A stretch of DNA of 64,000 nucleotides from Bispira polyomma (taxonomy: Eukaryota). How positions within the stretch are numbered: the first letter of the stretch is position 1; every line of letters begins with the position of its first letter. A program made the position numbers and the translations under genes. Below are positions 35,826 to 50,649 of the stretch, piece by piece. The DNA is taken from the NCBI GenBank assembly GCA_965649765.1, contig OZ287752.1, forward strand, positions 11,966,001 through 12,030,000, written 5' to 3'. The notes beneath the pieces are model-generated. The model saw nothing but the letters and a program-made list of their open reading frames with translations. It did no database searches and was not told the DNA's origin.

Positions 35826-37863
35826 CAATTCAATTACCATAACATTGCATGATGGAGTCCCTACTTGCCCACCATACATGAGTACATAAAAGTTTTTCAG
35901 TGACATGGTGGGCATTGGCCATGACATGCACATACATTACACAACAACATTTGGGGAGCAAACATTTATACAATTCTTGCATTCAAGAATTATCTTTTGA
36001 AAATTACACATATCTCATCCAATCTAGACACTAGATCTCACTATTATATTACTAAGTTGAATAAATATTGTGTTGAAATAAAGTCTCGTGATTATAGACT
36101 GACCTACTTCTATGATTTTCCCCTTTTATTTGCCATGAGGCACTTAATGTGAAAAGGACAAATCAGGCACAGGCAATTCACAATGTATTTACAGTGAATG
36201 GGCAGGTTTTTTTTCTGAATTTTCTTCCTAAAAGTGCATATACATTTCAAGTGGCATGTGTGTAATCATTAAAATGTACATGTTTATAATTAAGATAATA
36301 AGAGTGCTATTCAAACCCAAGATACTTTTATAGCCATAAAATCAAAATTGTTTGGTACTTCTCGAAGGATATGTAATTTTATTTATAGATAGGCACACCA
36401 CAGCAAAAGTTTAATTACTTTACACAAGGCAAATATAAATCATATTATGTGCTTGATGTCATATATCTTATTTGAGAAGGGGGGGGGGGGGGTTACTGAT
36501 GTATAAGAAGTTAAAACCTTTCAACTTTTTGGGTCTTTGGCAAATATGTTTAGCTAACATATGAAGTATAATATTTGAATGTCATTAGGGACTTACTTCC
36601 CTCTTCTTGGTGTGTGGCATATTTTAATGCTTCATTTTATTATTGCATTCTAACCATGAATAGAACCACTTAAAATTAGAGTCGTGTTGTATATATATTT
36701 TGCCGTTTTCAAACTTCGTCGATGGAATAATACATAAATGACATAGCACACCTCACTTAAAATACTGCACAGTGGAAATTTTTTCTGTGTTAGATCTCTT
36801 TAAATTACCATTTTCAGAGAAATGGATAATTGAATATGGATCTTAACTGTAGATTTAACTATATGAGAATGTGTTGTAGTTATAATATGCTCATATTAAT
36901 AACAAATTTAGTCTTTTAAATTAATTATTGTTTGCCTCTTATAGTTGCTATATTTTATCATGAAACATTATGGCCATTTTAAAGTAAGTATATATATGCT
37001 GAATATATATATCCTAAGAGCATAAATGTGTTATCATAGGGGAAATAAACAAAACAAATACTTACTCTCACTTAGAGCAAAATTCAGCTTAACTCACTAT
37101 TTGCATGTTATTGTTATATTAGACACTACTATAATAACAAAACGGTTGTTAGAGACAAGGTTAGTTTTCTTACAAAGATCTTCTATTTTGATTAAATATG
37201 ATATACCTGAGTCAATTGTATTTTAAATTTTATTACAGTCACAAACATACACTAATATTATAAGTCGTCTTCAATGTATTTTAATAAATTATAATATAAA
37301 TATAGGCTAGAAGGAGTTTAAGTTACAGTCATTACAATTTTATAGTCTTGAATCTTTGGCCAAAAGGGACTATAAACATATACTTATCTGTGTTACTTAA
37401 TTAAAAAAATGCATTCGATTTTGAGTTTAAGTAGCATAAAGGTTTATGATTAGTTCAGGTCATTCAAAAATTCCATAGCTCTTAGACAAAGCTCTGCACC
37501 ATTATTATTATTTCTAATAATATACTATATTCAGGCTAAAGAGAATACATGTGTCAGTATATTTACAGAACTAACATTTAGCCAAACCAAGGAACTACTT
37601 TTAAAATATTTCCTGACAAACATTTATTTAGTCCAGTGTATTCCCCCAAAAAACTAATATAGGAGTAGTATTATAAGTTAAAAGTTTATTTGATATATAA
37701 GCCACTGGTGTATATTATGGAACACTCAGCTTACAGTATTTCAGATAAATTGCTCCAGTGTTAAAATTTGAAAGAAATGATTGTGTATGTCCTCTCAACC
37801 ATATTATATACATAGTTATACTGTGTTTTTATTTGTAGTTTAATATTCTTTTATTAAGCTTCA

Positions 37864-40800
37864 GTTGCTAAAATCGGAGAGTAGGTGAACTTCAGGTTGA
37901 CCTTGAAGTTGAGAGTTCTGGTTATGGTAACCCATAAGGGTCATGTGATAGAGTAGAGTTGGATGTGGTAAACCAGATGCTGTTTGGGAATATATTAATT
38001 TCTAACTACTGCTTCTATTTACAACTGTACAAGTAAAATGTTAAGATAAAATTTTAAAATGCCAATATGGCTACATAATAAAAACAAAATCCATAACATA
38101 TAACAAGAGTATGTTAGATGAAATTGCTAGGGAGCAATAGTCCTGAAAGAAACGAACAACATAAAAGGTTGTCGTATAAGAAGGTCATAATAAGTGACGT
38201 ATAAGTACCATTATAAAAGGTAACAAAAAAACCGCAGCATAGGTAACTTTACAAGATAACAAGTTAAACTGACTCACAGAGCTCTTATTTGATCCTGGAA
38301 CCCTAGCGTGAACTCAGGGAAGGATTAAGAGACCGGAATCTCCACACCGTTACTGAGCTCCGTTGACCCAATGCATGTGATGTAGCTTGAAGGTAGGACC
38401 AAATAGCAAACAGACCCGTGTTTCTGTATGTGCTGAAGTTTTACATTAGAATAAGGAGCAAGGAAAGCTCGAGAATGTATGGTTTTCAAAGTGGATCTGA
38501 GTTAGGAATCTAATAAACAAATGCATTTGTCAAAAGGGGTGCATTGGAGATACAGCATATTTCCAAAATAAAACTGTAGGTGCTCTAACAGGGCATAACC
38601 AAGGGGCAAACAACACATCAGCCCTTGTGAGGTGTCTGGTGGGGTTAAAGGGGGTTGCTGCAGTGGTAGTGAGGCTAGAAATCTTCAAAAAGCCAAAAAA
38701 TGCAAAAAGCAAAGCAGTCCTGTATAACTGCAAGGTTTTACAACACTGTGAAATTTGAAGTAGTTGGTGTAAGACCCCTTTGACCTGGGGAGTGTATCGA
38801 GAGGTAAGTTCAAGTTACCTTGTGTATAATACCAGTATGGGGTCATATAACCATGTGTTTTGGATATTTAACACTTTGGTGTGGTGCCTCAGAGCAGAGA
38901 GATAATTGTTGATTACTTCATGGAAAATACCTGCCTGTGTTAAAAAGTCCAAAAATGCAATTCAATATTAAAACTGAATGTCTGTTGCAAGTTATAATAT
39001 ACTTTGAAGCTTATGAACAGCCTAAACTGGCTGTCGTACTGTTTCTGTGTCGTAGGTATATGGTTTCATCCTGGTCGTCTTAACGTACCTTGAATTAGAG
39101 AGCCAGCTGAGTCTGAGGCGCCTGAAATTATATATAATTATACAATGTAAAAAGGGAAGGGTATGTCATGCATTACAAATTTGTCAGTAATAAGGTCACG
39201 AATGTAACTGCAGTAATGGTCTAGTTCGTACCAACGTTATAGAGCATCAGAAATGACATTTTCCTTAACAGGGATGTGACTAATACTAAGGTCAATATTT
39301 TTTGTAGCACATATTTGCCAAATATTTTTCAAACATAAGCCTAAAAAATCGTCTTTAGTTTTGGATGACTGCATTTTTAAGGAAATCAAAATGCTGACCA
39401 TTTTAAAATGAACAATTGACAGTGTGTCAGTCACAGAGAGAGGAAGAGGGGTTTAAAACACATTATTATTGCAGATACCACCTATTCCAGATAAACAAGC
39501 ATCAACTTGTGGTAAGGTGCCATAAGGTTTATTTATGTAGTTGTACATCATTGTGTCATTAATAATAATATATCAGACTATTTTAGCACTTTTTTTTGTT
39601 GTAACAATTCTAAGGCGCAAAAAAAAACCACAGCCAGAGTCAAAAAACATAGGTGATAGACAAAAGAATGTCGTCATCCTTAAACTGATTTATAAACCGT
39701 AAAAAAGATAATATATCCTGAGGAAAGTCCCGGATCAAACTGACTGTACTACTTCTAGTAGATTGTCTCCGTAGTGCTAACATTCTGTTCATAAAGATGT
39801 GAGCAGGCTTAATACAACAATGTAAATATAAAAGTTTTTCAAGTAATGATTGATACTTTTGTTTACGTTCATTTTTCAAGGTATTTGAACTCGACACAAG
39901 TATTATTTCTGGACACAAGTTTATCCTTGACAATACTGAGTGTTTTGCTGGTAATATCAATTGTGTTGCTCATGTAAGTGATGCATTTACTTGGAGGAAC
40001 TAGTTTTTGAGAGTAAATGGGTAGATCTAAATCTGCGAGTGTTTCTTGGACGGTGTTGTACGCTAAGCCTGCATTATCTTCAGATTCTATGAGTATGAAG
40101 TCATCGATGTAGTTAAACACTGTGAAACTTTTCTGTTTCAATATATAAGTTAAGCAATCGGATGTCATCATAAAAGCCATTGTACCATGGGTTAAGCCAA
40201 AAGTCAAACTTAAATCAATGTAGTAATTATTTTTCCAAAGATATCCGAGTTTGAATCAATTGTAAGGGTCAATTCTTAAATTTTGAATAGCGCGAGCCAC
40301 GTCCACCTTAGCTAAGTTTGTGTTAGGTCCAATAGTCAAGATATGTGAAGTTATTTGGTCAATAGTCGGTACTATTACTGTACAATCATTCACAGACTGT
40401 CCTGAAGGGTGAGATAAGTTCAATAGCAATCTACGTTGGTTAACATCTTTGGGCACTGTTAATAGTGGTGAGCAATGTATATCTGGTTGGAGGTCACCAT
40501 TCACAGGGCCTATTATTGTGACACGCCTGACTTTAGAGATAAAGTATTTATGTATCGCTTCTGGGAAAGCCTTGGCTGAATAGTAATTTTTGTAATGTGT
40601 AATCTGTCTCTCTCATAGAGGGTAATGGAAAAACCATACTCAATATACTGCAAAATAATTTTATTAGGGTAGTGCCTTAAGTGGTCTTTCCATTTTCCTA
40701 CATTCAGATTGCTCTTAAGTAGGATACAGGCTAGCTTATAGTTTGCAACCTTTGTAGATTTGCTAATGTTGGTCACCTCTACAAGTTTGTCGTATGAGTT

Positions 40801-43107
40801 GATGTCAACTTCTGGTTTGTCAGCATCTGTGAATGTAAAATTGTTCTGACTGTGTGTGATATAACCATAAGCTCTATGATCAGATCTGACAATGTCCTCT
40901 TGTATCTAATTGACCTTGGGAACTACTGGAGAACGTTGTGTTAAAACCTTCTCATTCATAAAGTCCTTGTTGTACCCTGAAAGTGAATGTGTAGAAGTGT
41001 TGTGTGAGTTGTTGGCATGTGTACTGTGTGATACAATCTCAACTTTGGATTCTGAAGTTTGAGTATCTGTGTATGTGTGTTCGTCTTGTTTGCCAATACT
41101 GGCTATGATGTCTGTGTAATACAGTGTGCTGCCTATAGTAGTGCGTGTGTGTGATGCTTTGCATTGTGTTCTTGCGTTTTTTCTCTTGTTGAAAATGCCA
41201 TTAGTAATAACTGGTATATATCCAGTTGCTGAATAAGCTATTAGCCAAATATAGTGCCAGTGGCCTCTGACACACTAAATAACAGGGATCTGACACATTA
41301 CAATATTTGCCACCCAAGTATATATCACCCAACTGGGTGTCAAACTTTAAATCACTACATCCATTGTTCACTTCATCATTGCTATGATGTCTGGATTAAC
41401 AACTGATTTCAAACTGTGTGATTTGGTCATTCGTGAAACTTTTAACACTTAAACTCAGGATGAGGGATGGACTTGTTGTGCAAACGAAAAACAGTTGGCA
41501 CAGATGTGTTTAATTAATTTTCGCCCCTTCGTGATATTTTGAGTGCAGGGCATCTCTTGTTTGTTGGAAGTCGACCCAGTGGAAGAAGAACTTGAAGTAG
41601 TGTTGCTGGAGACAAGTGCCTGAGAATATGATAACCTATTCAAAGTCCACTTAATTTCATTTAAACAGGTTAACCAACTTGCCTTTACATCGTGCATATT
41701 GCACGCATAGGCCCCCTGGGCGACTTGGCAAGATATGTTTGAGGCGTCTTTTAGAGTGTCGACCAGCTCAGTAAACATAGCTTGCGATACATATATATGT
41801 ATATACGATAAGCATATTCTTTACCTCCAGGATGCTCTGTATCTGGCCGGCTGCAAATTGGGGAATGGTTAAATTGTCATCTGAAACACCCTTTTTGTTG
41901 ACCCCTGAAAGACAGGCCTCATTAGGCCAGTGTTTCATAGGATCCGCTACACAAAGATCAGACACATTATAACGTTCTGACTTTCGTTGTGTAAAGCTTA
42001 CCTTGTAGGCTTTTGGCTGCTGCCCAGGCTTCATAACATGGCTATTGCAGTGAAACTTCATTCTGAATCAGAGGTGATTGTTTCAAAACATACGGTGGGT
42101 ATAATAGCATCATTTAACAACTGTTGAGTGGCATCCTGTCAATAGCTGTCTGGCTGATATTGGCGACTCCCTGTGCCTGGGGTTGTAACATGCCTGCTAC
42201 ATGTGGCTGGTGAGTAATCTGAGGTGGATACCCGCTGTGAGGAAGACCTCTATGTATGTCATTGGCACCCGGAAGGTTGTTTGATGTGGATTGTCATGGG
42301 TGCTTATACGTCGGATCTTGGAGAACCAGAGGTTGTTGTAGTGGGGCAAGGAGCTAGAGTGGACCGAGGTGACGGGGCCACTGGTGTAGTACTGACAGCC
42401 GGTAACTGTAGGACAGGGGCTTGAAAACATCGTGAATTGAGATCAGAGACGTCCTCCTGTAGTTTGGACACAGCATTTAATAATGTCTGCATCATGGTCT
42501 GCTGTCTAGCGTGGATGTTTGTATACAAATGTTGTGAACTTACATTGTCAGTTGAGTTGTCAGGAACACTGCTCGCAGTATTGCTGTCGAAGTTGTTGGT
42601 TCTGCTCAAGTCCTGGTCAGTCAGAAGCTCTACTTCTGTCATCAAAGCCTCAGTGATCCTTATGCAACCAATTACCTACTGGGCGAGTGTGAAATATGTC
42701 ACATCTTAAGCACATAGCTGTATTAATGCCAAGTTTTTTCTTTATTTGCCTTCCTATTGTCTTAATTTATCAAAGTGTAGATACACAAAGATACACAATA
42801 GTATGAATGTGATAGTTGTACACTAAAATCACTTGTAAATAAGGTAAAACGGGGATAAGAACATATAAAATATACTTGATTTTCCAAAATTCACATAAAA
42901 AATATATTGATTTTGTTTCTTTGACTGTCAATTAATTAATGCCAATATGGTAAAAAAGGCGGGAAAGGATCTCTCTTAAGGCTAGTGACTGGCTGTGTTA
43001 CTTAAGCTTTCTAAGAAGTGATTGGAGTACTAGGATTAACAATTTCGTAGCGGTAAGTGATACTGTAAGGTGTACAATTTGTCATGCTATTCTAGCAGTG
43101 ACTACAA
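37864..43107 (-). mobile_element. YR retrotransposon 2, heavily decayed
   Basis: Gag ~41455-42700 (LTIPQFAAGQI), RT/RH ~39190-40900 (HCSPLLTVPKD, FGLTHG, NYIDDF, KENVISDAL), YR 38530-39121 (LLFAFFGFLKISSL); empty site AAGCTTCATGCACTTCAAG at 19362. Confidence 0.88.
38275..38361 (-). ncRNA. Partial (5' two-thirds) copy of the conserved YR-element RNA structure
   Basis: GAGCTCAG..GTGTGGAG..CCTTCCCTGAGTTCACGCTAGGG..; 3' arm missing. Confidence 0.65.
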
Positions 43108-43439
43108 CATGCACTTCAAGGGTCCTTTAAATCGGTACATAAATTTCATAATGAACAACGATATGACATTTAGCGAAGCTTGTATTATTACTTGAAATAT
43201 ATCAGGATAATTTTAATATACCCTAATCTTCAAGTGTAGAAAAGTACCCACAAGATCATTTGAATTAGTTTCAAGTAAAATGTCTCACTTCTACCGTACT
43301 TGCCTCTTTTCATGAAATGTGAAATAGGCAGTACATAACTCTTGGACGTACTTACACACCAGAATTGACTACTGTAAACTCTGACAGTGGATTTGAGTAT
43401 ATTTAATATTGTTATGTTCAGGGAAAACTTTATCTAAAT

Positions 43440-44453
43440 ATGTTGGTATCATTTGCTGAAGTTTGTATTATAACAGGTATTTGTTTTGAATATTTACATC
43501 TTGCGTTATTGGAAGGTAACTTAATGACATATGGTATCATAAGCACAGAATATGTGTGCATGAATTAGTATGCAACAATTTTTGTAGTCTATATAAATCT
43601 CATTCTCAACTGGATATTGTTGAGATCATAATTTGTATGCTAGATATATTGGGAATAAATATGCAGTATACAATACCTTTTTTACTTTCAATCAAAATCT
43701 TTTAGCACTATATTACTGGAAAAATTTAATTTATTTTCAAGCAGTAAATTTACATTATTAATATTAGATACTGTAATACCATGTAAATTTATTATTTTGT
43801 CAGTCATTACAGCTGCATGTTATATATTTTGTATCCTAGGATGAATAATTTATAGTTAAGCCATTTGTACCTCGGTTATTCCAGTCCAATTTTCCAGAAA
43901 TTGCATTTTGATAATATAATAATTTTCATTCATCTTAAATATTGAGAGAATACAATAATTGATATTATAATTATAATTTTTCTTCACTGCAGCAGCAGTT
44001 AAAGTCCCTTTAAACTTTTTGATTTTTAATTTTTCATGAATTATTTTGACTAAACTTTATGAAGTCAAGTTTGATCTGTTGTAGGTCTATTCCAGACTGT
44101 ACAGACTGCTGTGGCTGTGTCCTTGTATACAGATTTCCCAGCTTCTGGTGATGGTTTTTATGTATTACACAGACATAGCATAACACTGGAATGTTGATTT
44201 AGTTCTGCTGTATACATTTTTTGGAATATTAAAGATGACCTACTTTTCCAGTATTCCAACACTACTGGTAACAGTTATATAGGACCAGGTTTTGAAAATA
44301 AAATTCTAAGAAATGAATCCTCAGCTACCAGCCATTTCCTAGTTGTTCTTATAGATAAAGCTTCAGATGAAGGAAGTAGTGTTACCTGTTCTGTGTACAA
44401 CTCACCCTTTGGACCAGCGGAAACTGGGACTTTGGAATTGGCGGAAATATATG
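43440..44453 (+). pseudogene. Unit 2 leader exon (43440-43476) and V exon (44085-44453) with in-frame TGA at 44195-44197
   Basis: Intact splice sites, no frameshift, ITLEC*FSS; no C-type exons follow before unit 3. Confidence 0.8.
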
Positions 44454-46166
44454 GTAATGTGTGATTGATCTGATATTATATCACAAGGGGCACTTTTTAA
44501 TATAAAATAAAACAATTTTAATATACTTTATATTATTATTCAATTCACACAACTGTTTTTCACATGTAACAAGGATAATAGTGCTAAAATCAAAACAACA
44601 ATGTTAAGAAGGGATTTCCTCTTGGTTATAACTTGATGTATGATAAACTAGCTATATATTGTGAAATCTGTCTAGTGTGAAATATATATAAATTTGATAG
44701 CCTGTTGGCCCTTTCCACCAGGCTTACACAGGCCCTCAACCAAGCTTTAGAAATAACAATATCTTCAATATATATGTTCTTCGTTTGAATAATCCAACCA
44801 AATCTTCAGCAGTGGGGGAAATGAAAGTGTCTATCATTAGAGTTAAAAAGGCAGGCCAAAATGTTTCTTTTGTTATGATATTCGTTTTTTCTTATGTCAG
44901 AGGCATCCCTCTTTCTCAACTCTTGTAGTTATTCTTGTACTTTCACCCATTTTGAACAATCATGTTACCATACAAGATATATAGAGTCATGGTATTTGGA
45001 CCTTTGACTGTGTCTGTATGTATAGGGTCAGGTTTCTGCTTCCATTATTTGGGTCCAGGTTATTTATAGTAATTATCAAAATTTATTATTATGACTTAAA
45101 CTGGTAGCCTAGGCCTCGTAACTCTGTCTTCAACCGAGTTTAAGGTCACTGTAGTGAGTGATGCAAAGTAAGATTTTTTGTCTTCAGTATAAATTAACAG
45201 TCCCACGCAGAACACTTTCGTGGTCAGATGTAGTTGCCTTTTCTTTCTGAAAATGAAATTGCATTCTTATAGGAGTATGAAGACGTTTTGAATTTAGCAA
45301 TTCTTCTTTGAACAGGTTCTGAATCCCATCACGTCATTCATGTTGCTGATGAGCTGGATATGTGTATATATAGAATACTGACAAGTTTAAATGTAATAAA
45401 TCATGTTAATTGTGGTTCACCAGAGGCTTTACTGAAGATGTTTTTATCAATTTTATGTACCAGAATGAATTAACAATTAGTTTACAATTTTCTTAGTGAT
45501 GTCATCCACAATCTAAAGGAAAACCGGAAATGCGGTAAAGAGGATAAGTGTGTCTTCAATTGTTCCCAAATAAATTAAGATGTGGGTCAACCAGTTTTCC
45601 TGAATTATAAGCTTATTTACAGAGAATCCATGAATTTATTTCTGACATGTTTATCTAGGAGCTTGAAGTTGCTTAACAGAATAAATCCAAATATATATTT
45701 ATTGTAGTTACCATGTACTACAAATTGATATATTTTTTTCTAGAAGGGCTGTGTAAGTGACACATCAGTATACAATTGGCCCTCAGTTTTACTGTCAATT
45801 TTGTTTCCTCTTGATAGGTTATTTTTCAATTGTGTTACCAGTTGATGCTCTACATTGTGTAAATATAAGATTCCATTCATCATTTCTCACAGTACCCCAC
45901 AAGCCTAATTTCATGCTGCAAACAGTATAATACTATATATCTTTAATTAAAAACTATTTCTGAACTTGTTTTATCTGGAAGTTATATTTACAAGACGTTT
46001 GTATCTTGTTGAATTCCAATGCTTGTCTTTTTCAAAGGAAAGAAAATATGATGCAAAATTGAGTTTTTAGGAAGTCTAATATAGGAAACTGGGTGCAATA
46101 TTTCATTTTATACCTGGTGCGTGTAGGTATTTCCACATTTACTATGTGAGGTATGACGTTATGTAA

Positions 46167-49100
46167 ATTTAATGCTTGCTTTATGACAAGCAGCAGGTGT
46201 CAGTTTCCCCAAGTTGGGCTAATTAAATCCACTCATTAGGCCATCACCTTTGGCAGCAAGTTTCCCGCCAGAAATTGTTTACCTGGCTTAAGAATAAACA
46301 AACTACCCTCATTCTGGGAAAAAGCATTGAACTGAGAGCAGCTAAAAAGGACTACAATACTTTTTGGGACAAAATTTTAAACTTTACACATTTTACACAC
46401 ATCCAAAGGATATTTTATCATACATAACTATATAACTACAAGTTTTTAACACAAGACATTGCAGATACAATTACAGTGGTTTTAGAAGTTATATAATAAA
46501 TGGTGTGCAGTGAATAGTGAAGTGGTGTTCTGTAATAAGTGCAAATCACGGCTCGTGGGAGTTAGTTATGGGGCCTAAGCAAACCAGTAAGCAGCACAAT
46601 ACCCAGAGTAAGAACCGAGAGGAGTGCTACAAGTGAAAGTCCAGTCATCAATTGCCAGTAGGACATCTTTGCCTCAGAGAGGGACCCCCGGACCAGACCC
46701 TGCTGTCCTCTGGGTCTGACAACCCAGATCAGTCCAACGCGCCGGGCACATCTAGCCAGCTGCAGGATTTACAGATGACCCACTGCTCCACAACTGAGGG
46801 GATGAACGTGTCGCTGAATCAGTAGGATAAAACCAAAAGTGTCAGCAACACAGAAGTAGTGGCCAAGCTGGATTTGTTTATGACTATGTTCACACAGTTG
46901 GAAGAACGGGTATCTTGACAAGAAGAACGTCGAGACAGTGAGTTGTCTCTCTTAACTAGACCCTCAGCACACAGCTCACCAAAACAGAAAACCACAGGGG
47001 AAAGGGCAGAGAGACGAGGGCAGCCTGGCAAAACTACTAAGCTGCCTTTCCTGGACTTCCTGTGGGGGAACACCACCATTCAGGACAAAGTCGACAGGCG
47101 GTTACGACAGTATCAGGATGTATCCAGAGACGACCTCACAGGTATTTTCTAACAAAAAGTCACTTTAGTCAGGAAGATTACGTGTAGGGGACCAAAAGGT
47201 CAAAGTTTTTCTGCCATGGCCACATCATGGCCACGCTATTGATCTGTCCTGGGCTATGGCCAAGAGAGCACATGCAGCAGTGCTGTCTGAAATTGAGAGA
47301 ACGTAGACAAGTTTTTTAAACAGAAATTAGTTACAAGGCTATGGTGGGGCCTTTAACAACTAGTCCTTTTGAAAAAAGTGTCACTGTTAAAGTCCAGACC
47401 AAAATCTAGCCAAATGGTAATAGAAGAATAATTGTGGACCTTTCATGGCCGCGCGGAAATAGTGTAAACTCATGTATACCTCAGAATTTGGACAATGTTG
47501 AGTATCAGGTTAAGAACCCAATCATTGACAACATAGTGGAGAAAATAGCCAGGCTAGGCCCACAGTGTTTACTTTATAAAATAGACCTCCAAAGGGTCTA
47601 CAGCCAGTTAAAGACAGACCCTTTAGATTATTCTGTGTTAGGTCCTGATTGGCAAGATATATTGTATGTAGACATATCGGTCCCATTTGGCCTTTCCTCA
47701 GGCGCATGCGCCTGCCAAATGATGACAGATTGCATAACTTACCTCATGCACACTAATACTTACTGGGTATGTTCCTGGATGATTGCATTGGAATTGTGCC
47801 TTCCGGAAAGACTAGTCTGGCTTTCAAAACACTGTATAATTTGATACAAAAACTCGGCCTACCAATTAATCAAGACAAAGTGGACACTCCCACAAGTGAA
47901 TTAGTTTGTTTAGGCATACAAATAAATGCACACACAGGACGACTTACAATACCTATAGACAAGTTAATGGAGGTTAAACACTTGTGTGTATACAATGGAA
48001 AACTAGAACAAAAGCAACCCGTAAATGGTTGCAAAGGCTTTTAGGGAAACTCCTTTACATTCACCGGTGTGTAAAACTGGCTAGGTTGTTCGTCAATAGA
48101 ATACTAGGGGTACTTAGGGGACTTCCCCCTTACACAACTGTTTCACTGGATAACGAGTTCTATAAGGATATTAATTGTTTCTGTGAATTCTTAATACAAA
48201 AGTGTCCAAGGGATTCAAAATCCACACTTCTGAAGCCTATCAGGCAAAGTTCAGGCTGTACATAGCCTTCTTAGTGTATTTAAGGGTTAAGTCTCACACT
48301 CACCTTAATTCATTTTTGCTGTTCCTAGAGTTTTTGGCTCAGCAGGGCCACAAGGCTACCACTCTCACAGGGTATATCACAGTATTAAAACATTTTTTTT
48401 CAAATGTATGACCTTCCAGTGGGCGCCTTGTATCACAAAAAGGTAGCCTTGGTCAGAAAAAAAACAGTAGCACATAATACTCCACTTACATACAAGATCA
48501 AAGGCATGTTTTCTACTCATACCCTTCAACAATTAGTTGCCTTGGCAACTGGGTTTCCTGGGGCGAGGCAATACAAGGCAATCTTCTTATTAGGATTTTT
48601 TGGTTTTACAGGTTGGCCACTTTAGTACCCAATACGGCAGCCCAATTTCAGCCAGCTCGATTTCCAACAGAGAGTGACATCATTTAGGGATCACCTGGGG
48701 CACATATCCTTACTAAATGCGCAAAGAACATGCAAAAAATCTGGCCAACTACAAGTGGTGCAGGTCCCAAAGCTTAAAAACTCACCCATCTGTCCCTGAG
48801 AGCCTTGAAACACATCGTACCTAAAGAAACCTCCAATAAGGTCCCCTTTTTCAAATACTTACACAAAGGCACAACTGTTGTCATAACTTCCTACCAGGTT
48901 AGAGAAATCCTTGCTTCACTCCTCAAGCAGCTTGGCCAAGCTGGGGTTTCATGCCCTTCGCCGTTCAGGGCCCTCATGGGCTTTTGATCATAATGTAGAA
49001 TTAGACCATATAAAGGTCCATGGGGATACAATTTGACGCTACCTGCAAGTAAAGTTGCAACCACATTCACACAGCACCTTACACACCAATGTTAATACCC

Positions 49101-49645
49101 CTACTTATTTGGTTTGGTTATTTCAGTATATACATAGATAAGTAAACCTACAACATTAGTGTAAATAGTTAAGTAGAAGAGTAACTAACAAATTAGTGGG
49201 TTAACCTTAAAGCTCAACTTAAGCTTAAGATAATCCTAAAACCATAGTGTAAGGTCACCTTAAAGTCACAGCATAGTGGCCCTTCATGTTAACCTTAACT
49301 TAAGCTAGGGGTAGCAGTTTGACGCATAAGGTCACCATAAAATCACCAGTAAAAGCACGGGCTAGTGCTTTTCCATGGTTAAGCTTCACTCTAGTTAAGG
49401 ACACCTTTGGTTAGCATTAAGGTTACCTTAAAGTCACAAGTTAAGGCCTTGGCCACAGTTTAAGGTGACCTTATGTTAGTAGAGTAGTTATTAACGGTAT
49501 ATGTTATGTATGTATTGATTAAAAGCCCAAAGATGTGATAAACTCGTTATTACTCTGTGTCATATCCATAACCCCCTTTTTTGCAAGAACCACATCACCT
49601 TATCACTCACCTGACAGCTTGGGGAAACTTAAATCACCGCACACC
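46167..49645 (+). mobile_element. YR retrotransposon 3 (different family, internally deleted)
   Basis: RT DLSWPRGNSVN, LYKIDL, VPFGL, FLDDCIG; YR FLEFLAQ, FLLGFFGF, GFHALRRSG; flanks rejoin as paralogous 24053-24330. Confidence 0.82.
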
Positions 49646-49844
49646 AGGGACATTTTGACAAAAGTGTTTGTCTTTGTTCTTGTAACTAATGTAACTATAA
49701 CAGCATTTTTAACAACAAAAATCCTCTGAATTCTATATTCTTTCGGGAGATAATCTTCCATTATCTTTAAAAACACAGAGATTGAATCAAACAAGATAAG
49801 AAAACAGGAAAAACAGGTGAAACTAAAATAGAATACAATATTAA

Positions 49845-50215
49845 TAATACACCAGGTGTTGCCCGTGCGACAGGCACAGCTTTGTAAGTTGGTAGTTTGT
49901 GTAGAGTCAATGTCAGAAATAGTTAACTATAACTTGCAAAAAATCAGGTCAATCTATAAGTTACCCAAAAAAATTTGTCTGTCTATCTGTTGACCTGTCA
50001 ACCTATATGTTACCACAAAGAATTATCTGTCGACCTCTGTACCTAAAACTTATAAAAAAGATCTGTCGACCTACAAGTTACAAAAACTAAACAATTATGT
50101 GTCGACCTGTCATCTTGTTTACCTAAAAGTGAAATAAAAAAATAGTATCTGTCTATCTGTCAACCTATAATTTACAAAAAAAAATAAAAAAATATGTCTA
50201 TCTGTCTACCTAAAA
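49845..50215. repeat. Possible Helitron/Helentron-type non-autonomous element with internal tandem repeats
   Basis: Hairpin-like CCCGTGCGACAGGCAC start and repeated ATCTGTCGACCT units at 49975-50210. Confidence 0.4.
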
Positions 50216-50649
50216 TAATGTGTTTTTTTTAAACAATATTATATTTCACCATTTGAGTCAAAGGTCAGAAACAGTTATTAATATCCTTGTATGGAAGATT
50301 TTTATTTACTTGGTATTCTTCACGATCATCTGACTGTGTACTCCTTGTTCCAATAGAATTATATGCTGTGAAAAAGCAAAATTTGGCCAAATTCTTAATA
50401 ATATCTTTTATTAATAATTCAAGAATAATTAAAGATAAAATATGCCGAAAAAGCTTTTTTGTGTGATGGCTATGCCTTTTGTTTCATCAAAATCTGTCGA
50501 GAAACGGCTGGGACATTTATGTTTAAAATCAGGTACCCATTTTTACTTCCTGGTTTGATGATGACGTAGCTGCAAAATTAGGCCAAACCGATATATTAAA
50601 AACATTTGAGAAAAGAATTGATTTACTGGGTGTGAAATTGTCAGCTGAT

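Larger units (their letters stand above)
36350..49830 (+). repeat. Tandem duplication unit 2
   Basis: Collinear with unit 1 once the insertions are removed. Confidence 0.9.
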
